NCBI RefSeq assembly: GCF_006345805.1
Contig: NC_043006.1
Span: forward strand, 96,162,001-96,226,000
Direction of reading: 5' to 3'
DNA: 64,000 bases
Source: Octopus sinensis
Taxonomy: Eukaryota
Shown: in pieces, positions 1-11,292 of the stretch
How the letters are laid out: every line of letters starts with the position of its first letter
How positions within the stretch are numbered: position 1 is the first letter of the stretch
Position numbers and translations under genes: made by a program
Notes under the pieces: model-generated
What the model was told of the DNA's origin: nothing
The model's input: the letters and a program-made list of their open reading frames with translations, nothing else
The model's database searches: none

Positions 1-177
1 AGCACACATATATAGATTCTTTCACTCTTTTATATGTTTCAGCTTAAAGGTTGTGACCATGCTGAGGCACCATTAGTGTTATCATCTTTTCAAAGGCCAT
101 TCTTATGCTGTTGGATTTTGGTGAAGAAGGGAATGAGATATTGTTGCCTTTTTTGAGTTTCTTGTCGTGATAAAGGG

Positions 178-352
178 TCATCTGGAACCTTTGGACAGTG
201 AGCGATCAAGTTGTGTCTTGGAAACATATACTCCTACTCCGGGTACATACCTATGAGGTTTTGGCAACGTATTAAATAGCCGAGGGTCCTTGAATCCCAA
301 GCTATTGCAGTACGTAGTCGTCACTATAGAAGGTTCCTTTGGAACAGTGAAA
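178..352 (-). pseudogene. CR1/L2-like LINE, C-terminal ORF2 remnant
   Basis: Translation TVPKEPSIVTTTYCNSLGFKDPRLFNTLPK...VYVSKTQLDRSLSK resembles the CR1-group tail motif (NSL.F.GP.LFN.LP...FK..LD..L). Confidence 0.6.
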
Positions 353-384
353 AATACAGAAATGATGTGTATGTGTGTGTATGT

Positions 385-424
<40 letters not shown>

Positions 425-736
425 TTCAAATGTACAGAAAACTTAAGACAGAGACAGGTGTACTAGTTTCAATTGCCTCTGTCTTTTATTTTCTGTGCAT
501 TGGGGCCATATACCATATATACATTATACCAGTGTATGCATATGGATGCGAAACAAGGTGGGAAAAAATAGTACTCGAGTACCGGAGGTAGAGTAATATG
601 TATGTATTATTATAGCTTCAAAAACATCACAATAACATCACAAAAAACTGCTCTTCAATGTTTCAGGTTCCCGTCCGTCGAACAGTTGTGATTAAGGACA
701 ACCGTCCGACGAACGGGAACGTGAAACTCTGAGTAG
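335..736. repeat. Copy 1 of a ~400-bp direct duplication (LINE scrap + (TG)n + hairpin repeat) left of the mariner
   Basis: Aligns by eye with 1648-2040 (GGAACAGTGAAAAATACAGAAATGATG...CGACGAACGGGAACGTGAAACTCTGAG); copies are diverged. Confidence 0.9.
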
Positions 737-738
737 TA

Positions 739-1637
739 TTAGGTTGTCAAGAAAGTTCTTACGGAATTTTCAATTTTGGTTTTAAAGGATATATTTTCAA
801 ATTAATTTTCGTTAAATTCCTTTGACTTTATATATCATGTTAAAGCTCGATTTTCATTCTACCTAATCCTGTTACTCTTTTTCTTTTTGAACAATTAGGC
901 CATTTTTTCCCGGAACGTTGAATACAATATGGACAAACAGCAAATTCGCATAATTTTCTTATTCCAGTTGAAGCTAGGTCAAAAAGCTGTTGAAACAGCT
1001 CGCGATATCAACGATGCATTTGGCACGGGAACCACTAATGTACGTACAGTACAATGGTGATTCAAGAAATTTCGTAGCGGTGACGAGAGTCTTGAAGATA
1101 ATAAGTGTAGTGGTCGGCCATGGATGTTGACAACGATCAGCTAAGAGCCTTAGTCAAAGCCAATCCACGTACAACTGTTCGAGAGGTTGCTTCTGAATTA
1201 GACGTAACGTATATGACAATTTCCAACCACTTGAAAGAGATTGGAAAAACAAAAATACTTCAGAAATGGGTGCCGCACGAATTAAACGACAATCAAAAAA
1301 AAAAAAAACGCCGTTTTGAAGTGTCTTCTTCCCTTCTTTTACGCAACAGAAACGACGCGTTTCTCGACCGGATGGTGACTTGCGATGAAACGTGGATTCT
1401 TTACGACAACTGACGACGTTGAGCTCAGTGGTTGGATGCCGAGGAAGATCTACGGCACATCCCTAAGCTAAAGTTGCACAAAAAGAAGGTCGTGCTGACT
1501 GTTTGGTGGTCTGCGGCCGGTTTCATCCACCATGGCTTTTTGGATCCAGGTGAAACCGTCACGGCAAAGAAGTACTATCAGCAAATGGATGAAATACATA
1601 AGAAACTCCGACAGCAAGAACTTTCTTGACAACCTAA
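739..1637 (+). mobile_element. Internally deleted mariner transposon, Hsmar1/cecropia-like
   Basis: Perfect 22-bp TIRs TTAGGTTGTCAAGAAAGTTCTT / AAGAACTTTCTTGACAACCTAA; TA on both sides (737-738, 1638-1639). Confidence 0.95.
929..1615 (+). pseudogene. Mariner transposase with stops and a frameshift; C-terminal third missing
   Basis: MDKQQIRIIFLF...RTVQW*FKKFRSGDESLED, KWVPHEL, VTCDETWILYDN, TVWWSAAG; runs into the right TIR before the 2nd and 3rd catalytic Asp. Confidence 0.93.
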
Positions 1638-1647
1638 TATAACTGGG

Positions 1648-2040
1648 ACCCTTGGAACAGTGAAAAATACAGAAATGATGTGTGTGTGTGTGTGTGTGGT
1701 TCAAATGTACAGAAAACTTAAGACAGAGACAGGTGTATTAGTTTCAATTGCCTCTGTCTTTTGTTTTCTGTACATTTGGACCATATACCATATATACATT
1801 ATACCAGTGTGTGCATATGAAGGCGAAACAAGGTAGGAAAAAATAGCACTCGAGTACCGGGGGTAGAGTAATATCAATGTATTGTTAAAGCTTCGAAAAT
1901 ATCACAACATCACAGAAAACTGCTCCTCAGAGTTTCACGTTCCCGTTCGTCGAGCAGTTGTGAATAAGAACAACCGTCCGACGAACGGGAACGTGAAACT
2001 CTGAGGAGCAGATTTTGTGATATTTTTGTGATGCCTTTGA
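1648..2040. repeat. Copy 2 of the ~400-bp duplication, with a perfect 33-bp inverted repeat (1920-1952 / 1979-2011)
   Basis: CTGCTCCTCAGAGTTTCACGTTCCCGTTCGTCG ... CGACGAACGGGAACGTGAAACTCTGAGGAGCAG. Confidence 0.9.
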
Positions 2041-3042
2041 CAATTTAATTATAATATTGTATATATAAATATGTGTGTGTGTGCGTGTATACATACACAT
2101 ATCTCGATATATACATAGGCATGTACATGTATAGGCATATACACGTACGTATATTATCTAAACACATATATGTACAAAATTAAACTATCTTTACTATTCC
2201 TCTGACAAAGAGGAACAAAGGAAAACTAAGAGATGCAAATGACAAAACACAACAAAAACAAATTATGAGATCTAAAAAAAAAAAAAATAAAACCTGCCAA
2301 TTCGTTTGATTTTTAAGCACAAATTTCAAAGTTTAAGCAAATAAAGAACATTTAACCTTTACAATTTACGTGTCTCTTGTGTCTTTTACTGTTTCACTTC
2401 TAAGAAAACCAGTTCACTTCCTTAACTCAGTAAGACACCAGAATCGGTCAGCTTACAGACTTAATTTTCAATATCTGGTCTCATACTACCATCTTGACCG
2501 TCTAATTTTCAAGTGAAGAGATTTAACAAATTTACTTGTATACACACACACACACACACGTTCATATACATTCATATTCATTTAGTACCATATAGTTTAC
2601 ATCTATGTGTATATATTTATCCAAACATATACTTGCACTTTCGATTCTCACGAACGTCTACCCATTCAAGCTACTCCACTTATGAAGTTAACAATCCCGT
2701 TCATATATCAATAATTTTCTCTATTTTTATCTATTCATTTGGAATTATGAGTTTCTGCTTCCCAAGGAATTCAATTCTGTAAGTTGAACTCAAAGCGTTT
2801 ATTCGTACATACTCACATAGTTCTATATATCTTGATCTGTCTATTCTCGTACAATAATACTTTTATAGAAATACCTGCAATATTTATTCTATAATTGTAC
2901 CTCTTAAGTACATATGCATTTATACCTAATTCTAAATACATCGGCTTCATAATACAGTTCTATATTTGAGAGATGAGGAATTATGTACGTTATTTACAAT
3001 ATTTACATTTGACGGATATTTGTCCTCATCTCGTTGGTCGTT

Positions 3043-3088
3043 AACACAACGTTTCGGGTGATACACCCTCCAGCCTTCAACAGGTGTC
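3043..3088 (-). ncRNA. Degenerate minimal type I hammerhead motif
   Basis: GACAC-CUGUUGA-A-GGCUG-loop-CACCC-GAAAC-GUU-GUGUU; A6>U and one stem II mismatch. Confidence 0.65.
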
Positions 3089-3140
3089 TTGGGGAAATTT
3101 CGAATCTGGGTTCTCATTCCTAAGGTATTTTCCGATGCTA

Positions 3141-3311
3141 TGGAAAAATGGAGATCACCTCACCCTGTAGGATGAAATTAAAATAATAGACACAGAACAC
3201 CACTGGAAAATACGAAAATTAAAAGAAACAGCACATATGCTGGGACACAACAACCTCCTAAGCATATGGGAAACGGTATTAAGGAAGGAAAGGAAAATAC
3301 TAGATTTATAA
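3141..3311 (+). pseudogene. PLE GIY-YIG endonuclease C-terminal remnant
   Basis: WKNGDHLTL*DEIKIIDTEHHWKIRKLKETAHML resembles the H...W...KIID.E..W..RK.KE motif. Confidence 0.65.
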
Positions 3312-3347
3312 GCCCTAAATGTCAGTCCATAATTGTCCACGAGCATA

Positions 3348-3413
3348 TGGCGTAGTGGTTAAGAGCGCGGGCTACTAATCTCAAGATTCCGAGTTCGATT
3401 CCAGGCAGTGACC
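3348..3413 (+). promoter_or_regulatory. tRNA-derived Pol III internal promoter (A and B boxes)
   Basis: A box TGGCGTAGTGG (3348-3358), B box GTTCGATTC (3393-3401); no complete acceptor stem, so not a tRNA gene. Confidence 0.8.
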
Positions 3414-3473
3414 AATAATAAGCAAATCGAAAAGTACCTTAGGAATGAGAACACAGGTTCGAAATTACCCCAA

Positions 3474-3519
3474 GACACCTGATGAAGGCTGGAGGGTATT
3501 TCAGCTGAAACATTGTGTT
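3474..3519 (+). ncRNA. Minimal type I hammerhead motif, core boxes intact, stem III palindrome mutated
   Basis: GACAC-CUGAUGA-A-GGCUG-gaggguauuu-CAGCU-GAAAC-AUU-GUGUU. Confidence 0.7.
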
Positions 3520-3862
3520 AACAACAAACAAGATGAGGACAAGGAGCCGTCAAATAATAATAATTATTGTTGTTGTTATTGTTAATAATAATAATAACGT
3601 TATTGTTGTTATTATTTTTGTGTTTGTTATTGTTATTATCTTTAGCAATAAAGGAAATTATTATTATAATTATTATTATTATTATGCTTTATGTCATCAA
3701 ATTGTCAGTAAGCTCTTGGAAACGATTCTCTGAATGTGCAGCAGAGGCCGAAACCCTATCGCTACTTTCCTTCGGAAGTTGGGTAAATATGCAACGAAAC
3801 TCGAATAGAAGCGACATCCACCTCCGCTTGTACCCTTTCATATATATCCGTGTATATATAAT

Positions 3863-3942
<80 letters not shown>

Positions 3943-4473
3943 TGTGTATGTATATAGGTGTGTATCTTTGTGTGTGTGTATTATATATAGATAAACATGC
4001 ATATCTATTTACATATATATATATATATATATGTACGTATGTACATATATATATATATGTATGTGCGTGTGTGTATGTGCATTTATACACACACACACAC
4101 ATGTAAATATCAGTGTTTGCATCTGCTCAGATTTGTCTCCATGTCGATTGTTTCCTGTCTTGTAGCACAATCGATTCGACATGTTTAAACATGGTGAAAA
4201 TATTAAGTAAGATTAACCTGGCAGAACCCTGACTATTTGCTGTCATAGCAAACACGTGAATCATAAACCATTCCGTGTCACACTCCAACATCAGAGAAGA
4301 CCAGAAGCCGTTATAACTTTGTGTGCATTCATGCAGAAACGATGGTGTATTTAGCCTCTAAATATCAGCTTCCTTGTCGCAACAGCAGCAGCAGCAGCAG
4401 TAGTGGTAGTAGTAGTAGTAGCGGCGTTGTCATGATCTTACAAATTATTATCATTATCACCATTATTATTATT

Positions 4474-4905
4474 AAGGCGACGAGCTGGCCGAATTGGTAA
4501 CACGCTGGTCAGTGTGCCTAGCGACATTTCATTCGTCTTTACGTTCAGTGTTCAAATTTCGCCGAGTTCGACTTTGCCTTTCATTGTTTCAGGGTCGATA
4601 AAATAAGTTCTACTTATGGACTAGGGTGAGGGGAGCGATGAAATCGACTTGCTCCCTACTCCAAATTTCGGGGAATTGTACCTGTTGAAGTAAGGTTTTC
4701 AAAGGCGATGACGAGTTAGCAGAAGCGTTAGCATGCTGGACAAAATGCTGAGTGGCATTTCGTCTGTCTTTGCTTTCTGAGTTCAAATGCTGTCGTAGTC
4801 AACTTAGCCTTTAATCCTTTCAGGGTCTATAAATGAAGTACCATTTGAACACTGGGACCAATGTAATCGAGTTACCCCCTCTTCCGAAAGTGCTGTGACA
4901 AGATT
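4474..4905 (+). mobile_element. Two tandem degraded SINE copies (family B, central GTCGACTTTGCCTTTCATCC domain)
   Basis: Head GGCGACGAGCTGG, B-box-like GTTCAAAT, shared central domain; same family near 20.0-20.6, 22.8-23.0, 44.1-44.3, 50.2-50.7 and 57.1-57.2 kb. Confidence 0.75.
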
Positions 4906-4924
4906 TGAAATCATCATTACCATT

Positions 4925-4945
4925 ATTATTATTTTTATGATTATG

Positions 4946-5032
<87 letters not shown>

Positions 5033-5036
5033 GTTA
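4925..5036. repeat. (TAA)n microsatellite at the LINE 3' end
   Basis: Trinucleotide run; similar tracts at 6725-6779, 25741-25961, 26453-26526, 27361-27540, 54045-54131, 54679-54918, 55088-55200, 59877-60054 and 62115-62178. Confidence 0.98.
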
Positions 5037-6721
5037 TTCAGTAGTTGTATTTTTATAGCGTGCTTTCACTTCACTACCGAGCGCAGCTCTGTGTGCCTTG
5101 GATATGTGCTGTGATTTGTTGTGATGCTCTGATGGTTATTGTATGGAAAGTGTTCTGCGTAGGATGTGTGCAGTGCCTAGTAGTGCAATTTTCTGTATGT
5201 TATATGTGTTTGTAAGTCCTGGTGTTTTTGTTATGTATTTGTCTGAATATTTTTTTATTATGCTTAATGCACCTACTATGGTAGGAATTGTTTCTGTTTT
5301 CAGATTCCACATTCTGGTTACCTCTATTTCCAGGTCTTTGTATTTTGAGAGTGTATCCATTTCTTTTAGAGGCACGTTGTCATCTGCCGGTATTGATACA
5401 TCAATTAGAAAGCATTTTTTTTTCTTCGTGATCTCTGACAACTATATCTGGCCTGTTGGCCTTAATTTCTCTATCTGTGTGTATCGGCATATCCCAGAGT
5501 ATTGTTGTTTCTCGTTTTCTGTGACCTTTTCTGGTGTGTGCCTATACCATCTTTTTTCTGTTGTTATTCCATAATGTTGGCATAGCTTCCAATGTATGTA
5601 GGTTCCAACTCTGTCATGTCTGTGAATATATTCCTTCTTAGCCAGGACTGGGCAACCAGAGATAATGTGATTTATTGTTTCTTGTCCATCTCCACATATT
5701 CTGCAGTTACTTGTAATATTTCTTTTCATTACATGTTTTTGGTAATTTCTGGTGGGGAGGCTTTGGTCTTGTGCTGCAATTAAAAATCCCTCTGTTTCTG
5801 CTTTGAGTCCTGAGCTTCTCAACCATTGCTGGGATTTTTCTTTGTCTATTTCTTTTGCGTTTAGTTTAGTGCAGTATTTACCATGAAGGGGCTTTTCTTG
5901 CCATCGTTTTATCATGGCTCGTTGCTGTTCTATTTTTAGTTTGGATTTCATTTGTTTTATAGCTTTTGTTGTTTCTTCATCATCTTCTTCTTCTTCTTTG
6001 TGTTTATTAGGTGGTATGATTTCTTGTTTGTATTTGTCAGCTTCCTTAAATACTGAGAACAGTTTTTTGTTTTGCTCGTGTTTTGCTGCTATCTGGATCA
6101 GTTTTCCTTCCTTCTGAAGTAGGTATTTTTGCAGTCCTATGGTGGTTATTTTATAGTAGTTTTCCAGCTGTATAAGTCCTCTACCACCTTCTATACGTTG
6201 TATATATAGTCTTTCTATGTCAGATTTTGGGTGATGCATCCTAGATCCTGTCATTATTTTTCTTGTTTCCTATCTATTTTGGTCAGTTCATTTCGTGTCC
6301 AGTTAAGGATATTGTAGCTGTAACTTATAACTGGGACAGCTAAAGTGTTGATACCTATTATCTTGTTTTTAGCATTGAGCTCTGTGTTTAATATTGATCT
6401 AACTCGTCTATAATATTCTTTTTTTATTTTCTCTTTCATTTGTGTGTGTTGTGTCTTATCTAGTTCGTGGATTCCTAAGTATTTGTAAGTTTGGCTTTGG
6501 TCTAATTCTTTTATTTCATTGGTTTTATCTAGTGTGATGTTGTTACTCTTAACTAGTTTTCCTCTTTTCATGGTTACTTTGGCGCATTTTTCTAATACAA
6601 ATTTCATATCTATTTCTTTGGTAAATCCATGGCCTGTCTTTAATAGTGTTTCCAGTGTCATTTGCAGCGTATAGTTTTAGGTCATCCATACATAAAAGGT
6701 TGCTGATCGTTTTGCCGTAAC

Positions 6722-6724
<3 letters not shown>
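5037..6724 (-). mobile_element. R4/Dong-like non-LTR retrotransposon, family A, 5'-truncated, young
   Basis: RT LCMDDLKLY, thumb RLY..R.EGGRGL, CCHC knuckle CRICGDGQETINHIISGC, REL motif RPDIV..CFLIDVSIP..KYKDL; (AAT)n at both ends. Confidence 0.95.
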
Positions 6725-6779
<55 letters not shown>

Positions 6780-7256
6780 GAGTGAGAGAGCAGTGCATGC
6801 CATCGAAGTGACACTGGGGTAAAATATACGAATCCCAATATACCCATCATGACTACCCGTCTAAGGGAACACCAGGCACATGCATCACAACCATATGTGC
6901 GCGACATTGGGATCTCATATGAAGATAATCAGCGCATGAAAATGCAGGTGGGGCCCAGTTAGAATTTTCATCAGGTCAAGTAGTCCATCCCTATCAAAAG
7001 CTCCGTGAATAAGGACTGTTTAAGGACGTTGGCCAAAAGCCCAAGTTTTCAGAGGTGAATTATCCAAACCCCAAAGAATTCCGCTCAGTACATAGCTATG
7101 ATGCTCCCCCACTACTTCTGCTTGTGATCAGAGATGCAGATATCGTCAGCCACTAAGGGACATGCTCAACTGATTAAGGTCAAGCAACTGTTAAGCAAAT
7201 CTATGGTATTGAGTAGAATATTTGCTGTAGGCCATCTTTTATACCAAGACAAAAAC
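6780..7256 (-). mobile_element. Non-coding (TAA)n-associated element X, copy 1 (5'-truncated)
   Basis: Reverse complement of the element at 54132-54678; keeps the ...GCTCTCTCACTC-(AAT)n end. Confidence 0.9.
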
Positions 7257-7334
7257 ATTATTCATTATTATTGTTTTTGTTGTTGTTGTTATTATTATTA
7301 TCATTATCATCATCGTCATTTTTTTCCGATTGAA

Positions 7335-7613
7335 TTGCATTTTATTTCCTCTTCTGACCGGGTCTCAACCAGAGACCTAAGGCACGTATATGGAGAGAAA
7401 CCTCCTGAGAATGCGGACGATTGATGATAGTACAAATGTTTGCGTCTCATAGATTATTGGTTTCCCAGAGATCTGGTCGAAAAATGTGTCAGTACCATTC
7501 TTGATCATTCCCAGGGCACCAACAACAGCAGTGATGGTTTTGGTTTATAATTGCCTCGTCTTTGATATCTCAATCTCAAGGTCCTTATATTTCGACTGTT
7601 TTTCAAATTCCTA
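7335..7613 (-). pseudogene. Old R4/Dong-like REL C-terminus and 3' UTR
   Basis: EFEKQSKYKDLEIEISK..TKTITAVVGALGMIKNG...RILRRFLSI; abuts an (ATT)n tract. Confidence 0.85.
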
Positions 7614-7646
7614 AATTTTACTATTATTATTATTATATTATTATTA

Positions 7647-7694
<48 letters not shown>

Positions 7695-8480
7695 CATTGT
7701 TGTTGTTGTTGTTGTTGTTATTATTTGCGACTGATGTGGAAAGATGTGCGAATTTTCCAACGAAGGCAAAGAAAAATAAAGTTATCTTTTAAAAAGTTTT
7801 CGTTGAGAAACTTTCGGTAACGATTCTGCATAGCTCTTACATCGGAAGAGGAAACGTTGGGTGTTTTGTGTGCGTGTGTCTGTGTCTGTACATGTTTGAG
7901 AGTGTGTGCTTGTGTGTGTGTATGTAATCTCTTGTGTGTGTGTGTATGTGTGTGTGTGTGTGTGTCTGTGTGTCTGTGTGTGTGTGTGTTCTTTTTTATT
8001 CGCAGTAAAATGACTGCTACTAAAAAGAGATTCAGCAACTCCCATATTAAACTGAACAACACAGAAAGTGAACAAAAGATAGAGAGAGAAAGAAAGGAAC
8101 TGTAATGACACAACAACGAGAAGAATATAATGCTTTACTGTATTTATATATTTTAATTTTTCTAAAAGAAATGCATAAAAAAAATCAACATTAAAATGAA
8201 GAACAGCAAAAATAATACTCGTACACTTGCAATTTTCAAATGAACATCTTGAAAATATTTAGAATGCCATTAATAGTAATGGGAGAGTTTTTGCTAATAT
8301 TTTTTTCGAAGGTAGGTTTTGAATATAGAACGAATCAAATCAGAAATATAGGTATGATGTTCATTTGTCACAAATGTGTGTACCTCCTTGCTTGTAGGAT
8401 TTGTCTGTGCAACTTGCCTCAGCTTCAAGCAGACAGGAGAGGTGTTCAATATTGCTTTCAATTAAGCAAATGAAGGCAGC

Positions 8481-8830
8481 TGTAGCCAATTTAAAAACAA
8501 CTACTTGGTAAAGAACGTTGTTTACACGTGATAAATGAAGGCGGGTGCACTAAAATATGTGTACATTAGTGTAAGCAGAGACAGCATGAAAAATCGTCTG
8601 CGCAAACATCTTAGGCCATTTTCCAATGATGACAAAAGGCACTGCACATTATTATCTAACCACATCAGGAGGTTCAGGCAATAGAACATCGCGTGTGCGT
8701 AACTTATGTCCAGAGGAAACCCTTCAGATCATCACTTCCAGAGAACATATAATTAACAGCCATTTCGAAATAATTGTATAATGCTAACATAAGATCAAAA
8801 CATCCTTCCTGGAATTCGAGCAGAACGAAA
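8481..8830 (+). pseudogene. PLE GIY-YIG endonuclease remnant
   Basis: CSQFKNNYLVKNVVYT**...KYVYISVSRDSMKNRLRKHLRPF...LLSNHIRR (VVY..YIG..RL..H pattern). Confidence 0.6.
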
Positions 8831-9020
8831 TAGAAAAACACTAACCATAATAAGCATATAAGAAAAAAACATATAAACGAACGAAAGAAAAAAGAAAATC
8901 ATTTTTCTATGTTACACCTCTGTAGCATCGGAAGTAATTAAAAGGACCCTTTAAGGGAGCATCATTGACAACTCAGACAATGAACTTCAACAGTTCTTCC
9001 AAGCTCCGCAACGCCCGAAT

Positions 9021-9062
9021 TTATTGAGGAAGATCTTGCTGCAGCTAAGATCAAACCAATAA
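9021..9062 (+). ncRNA. Degenerate hammerhead motif downstream of the GIY-YIG remnant
   Basis: UUGAGGA-A-GAUCUU-gcugcagcu-AAGAUC-(G lost)AAAC; perfect 6-bp stem II. Confidence 0.45.
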
Positions 9063-9528
9063 TCTATACTTCCCATCCTAACATATGCACATACAAATAT
9101 CTAAACAAGTGTAGCTTACCACACACTCCTCCCTCTCCTTTATCATTACCATTCCTTTCTCCCTTTCAATCAGCTTCTATTCTTCCCTTCCGAATACAAA
9201 CAGAACCGCCCACATACTCCAATGAATCGATTGATTGATGAAAATTGATAAACTTCCTTCAGTTAAACATTCGATACTTCCAACTTTAATGCTATATGGT
9301 CGGAAGAAATGAACGCATGAACTAAAACGTACATGATGTCCATGGATATTATGGATTGTACTGTAATCCTCTCAGGAATACAGGCTATGATCGTAAGTAA
9401 CATGTGATTTGTAGAAACATGCGTAACGATGCATCAAAATATTTATAAATTCCATGAATGGATTAGTATATATATAGTATATATATATATAGTATATATT
9501 ATATATATATATATGTGTGTGTGTGTGT

Positions 9529-9562
<34 letters not shown>

Positions 9563-10424
9563 TGTGTGTGTGTATGTAAGTATGTTTATGTAAATATGTA
9601 TTACGTGTGTATGTATCACCATACACATAGTTAGGGTGTAACGAAACAGAATCAAAAATACTCCTATACACAAACATAAGAACAGGCACACAAGACACAC
9701 CGAGCACATCGCGACCCACGCAGGCAGACACGTCTCAACCGCAGGAAAAAGTACATTTTCCATGACCACCACCAACAACAACAGCGACGACAAAAACAAT
9801 CGAGGCTTCACATATTTACAAGAATATTCACCATTGAGGAATCTGTGGTATTGGTAAAGTCGCAAAGTTTATGTTAATTCCTGAGCTCAAGGTACAAAAT
9901 CCATGTATCCATTACTGGAATGATCAACAGAATCGTGCAGATGCAGTGGCTTAAATGCAGAAAGGGCACTAAACCCAATCGTAACGAAGCTCTTCACTAT
10001 GACGTTGAATTCTGAGAACCATTCTGAGAAGCTTGGACAAATCCTAGAACAGGGCCGCGAGATTGTGCCAAGACATTTTGAGAAACATTATGCTTGCACA
10101 CAAGTAACTACCAGACAACCTGAGAACAAGAGAGATGACCATCATTAATTCCCTGAAGAGCGAGAAGTATGTGCACTTACCATTGGTCAAAAGAGGAGAA
10201 TTTTGTGTGATTGACAGCATCAGCTACAAAGTAGCAAACTCCAGCTGCCTGTCACCAGACAAAACATACGTTATATCGTTTACCTAAAACTTGTTCCTCA
10301 CCTCAGAGTGTGAGCATGTTGGGGCACAGACTTGAAAGGTTTAATCGAGCAAGTACTACGGAAGGACCCCTGTTAGACTCCCGGTTCGATAATAGTATGA
10401 GTGAGGAGTCGTGTCTGATCGAGT

Positions 10425-10548
10425 ATATGTTAAATAAAATGAAACAATAAAGCCAAGGTAATGTGAAATTTCTAGGATATTTTCTTTATAAAATGTCCTA
10501 GAAACTTCACACTGCCTTATCTTAGTTGTCTCATTTTATTTAACATAT
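10425..10548. repeat. Imperfect fold-back palindrome, ~60-bp arms
   Basis: ATATGTTAAATAAAATGA...TTTCTAGGATATTTT-ctttat-AAAATGTCCTAGAAA...TCATTTTATTTAACATAT. Confidence 0.85.
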
Positions 10549-10549
10549 A

Positions 10550-10600
<51 letters not shown>

Positions 10601-11292
10601 GTACAACGGGCTTCTACACATATTCCATTTTTTCGGTCCAAATCAACTCATAAGGCATTGGCCGACCTGGAGCTATAGTAGATATAGGTATAGCACAGTT
10701 GAACTGATCTGCAAACTATTGGTTCCTGTGCCATTATGCTATTTGCGCAAGAGTGAAGAATTTTTACAATAACACCTGGGACCGTATCTTCGTATATATA
10801 TTTTATCTATAATAGAAATACGTTCGTTTATTTGTTTGTTATCACATCAGTGGAGATTCAAGTGCAGCACTCGTTTTAAATGTTAAGAAATTCAAGATGT
10901 CTGGATATTCGAAACAATGGTGCTTTGACAGAAATTCAAAATGCAATTATCAGTTTCTTCATTCTCTTGTTCATTATAGACCAGAGAAACATCTGGGCTG
11001 GTACTGGTCATATTAAAAAAAAAGCATACACACAGTCATACGTATGTCAGCACTCACACATACACGTCCTCACTCAAAATCTCACGCACAATATAATGAA
11101 TGGATTAACAGGTTGTGTGTTGAATTCGTAAATCCTTAGAGCGTATTTTATACTGTGTGTGCGTGTGTGTGTGTGTGTGTCTGTATGTGCATGCATCTGT
11201 GTATATATGTATGTATTTTCATGCATGTGCACATACATATGTGCGTCTAGATACACATGCATGCACATCCACCAAATATATATATGTATGTA

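Larger units (their letters stand above)
2953..3552 (+). mobile_element. Penelope-like insertion: inverted terminal-repeat copy + GIY-YIG tail + tRNA-like box + HHR-bearing repeat
   Basis: 2953-3137 is the reverse complement of the family at 3424-3552 and 30330-30511; an endonuclease C-terminal remnant lies between them. Confidence 0.7.

Noticed and set aside
929-1615. Domesticated SETMAR-like gene
   Set aside because: Stops, a frameshift, both TIRs with TA duplication, and no SET domain.
1920-2011. Hammerhead in the 33-bp hairpin (CCGACGA-ACG-GGAA-CGT-GAAAC, or CTGAGGA-GCAG-TTTT-CTGT)
   Set aside because: The first has U4>C and no NUH/stem I closure; the second lacks GAAA.
3348-3413. Functional tRNA gene (also 14222-14290 and 50100-50170)
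   Set aside because: A/B boxes are present but there is no complete cloverleaf; these are SINE-type heads.
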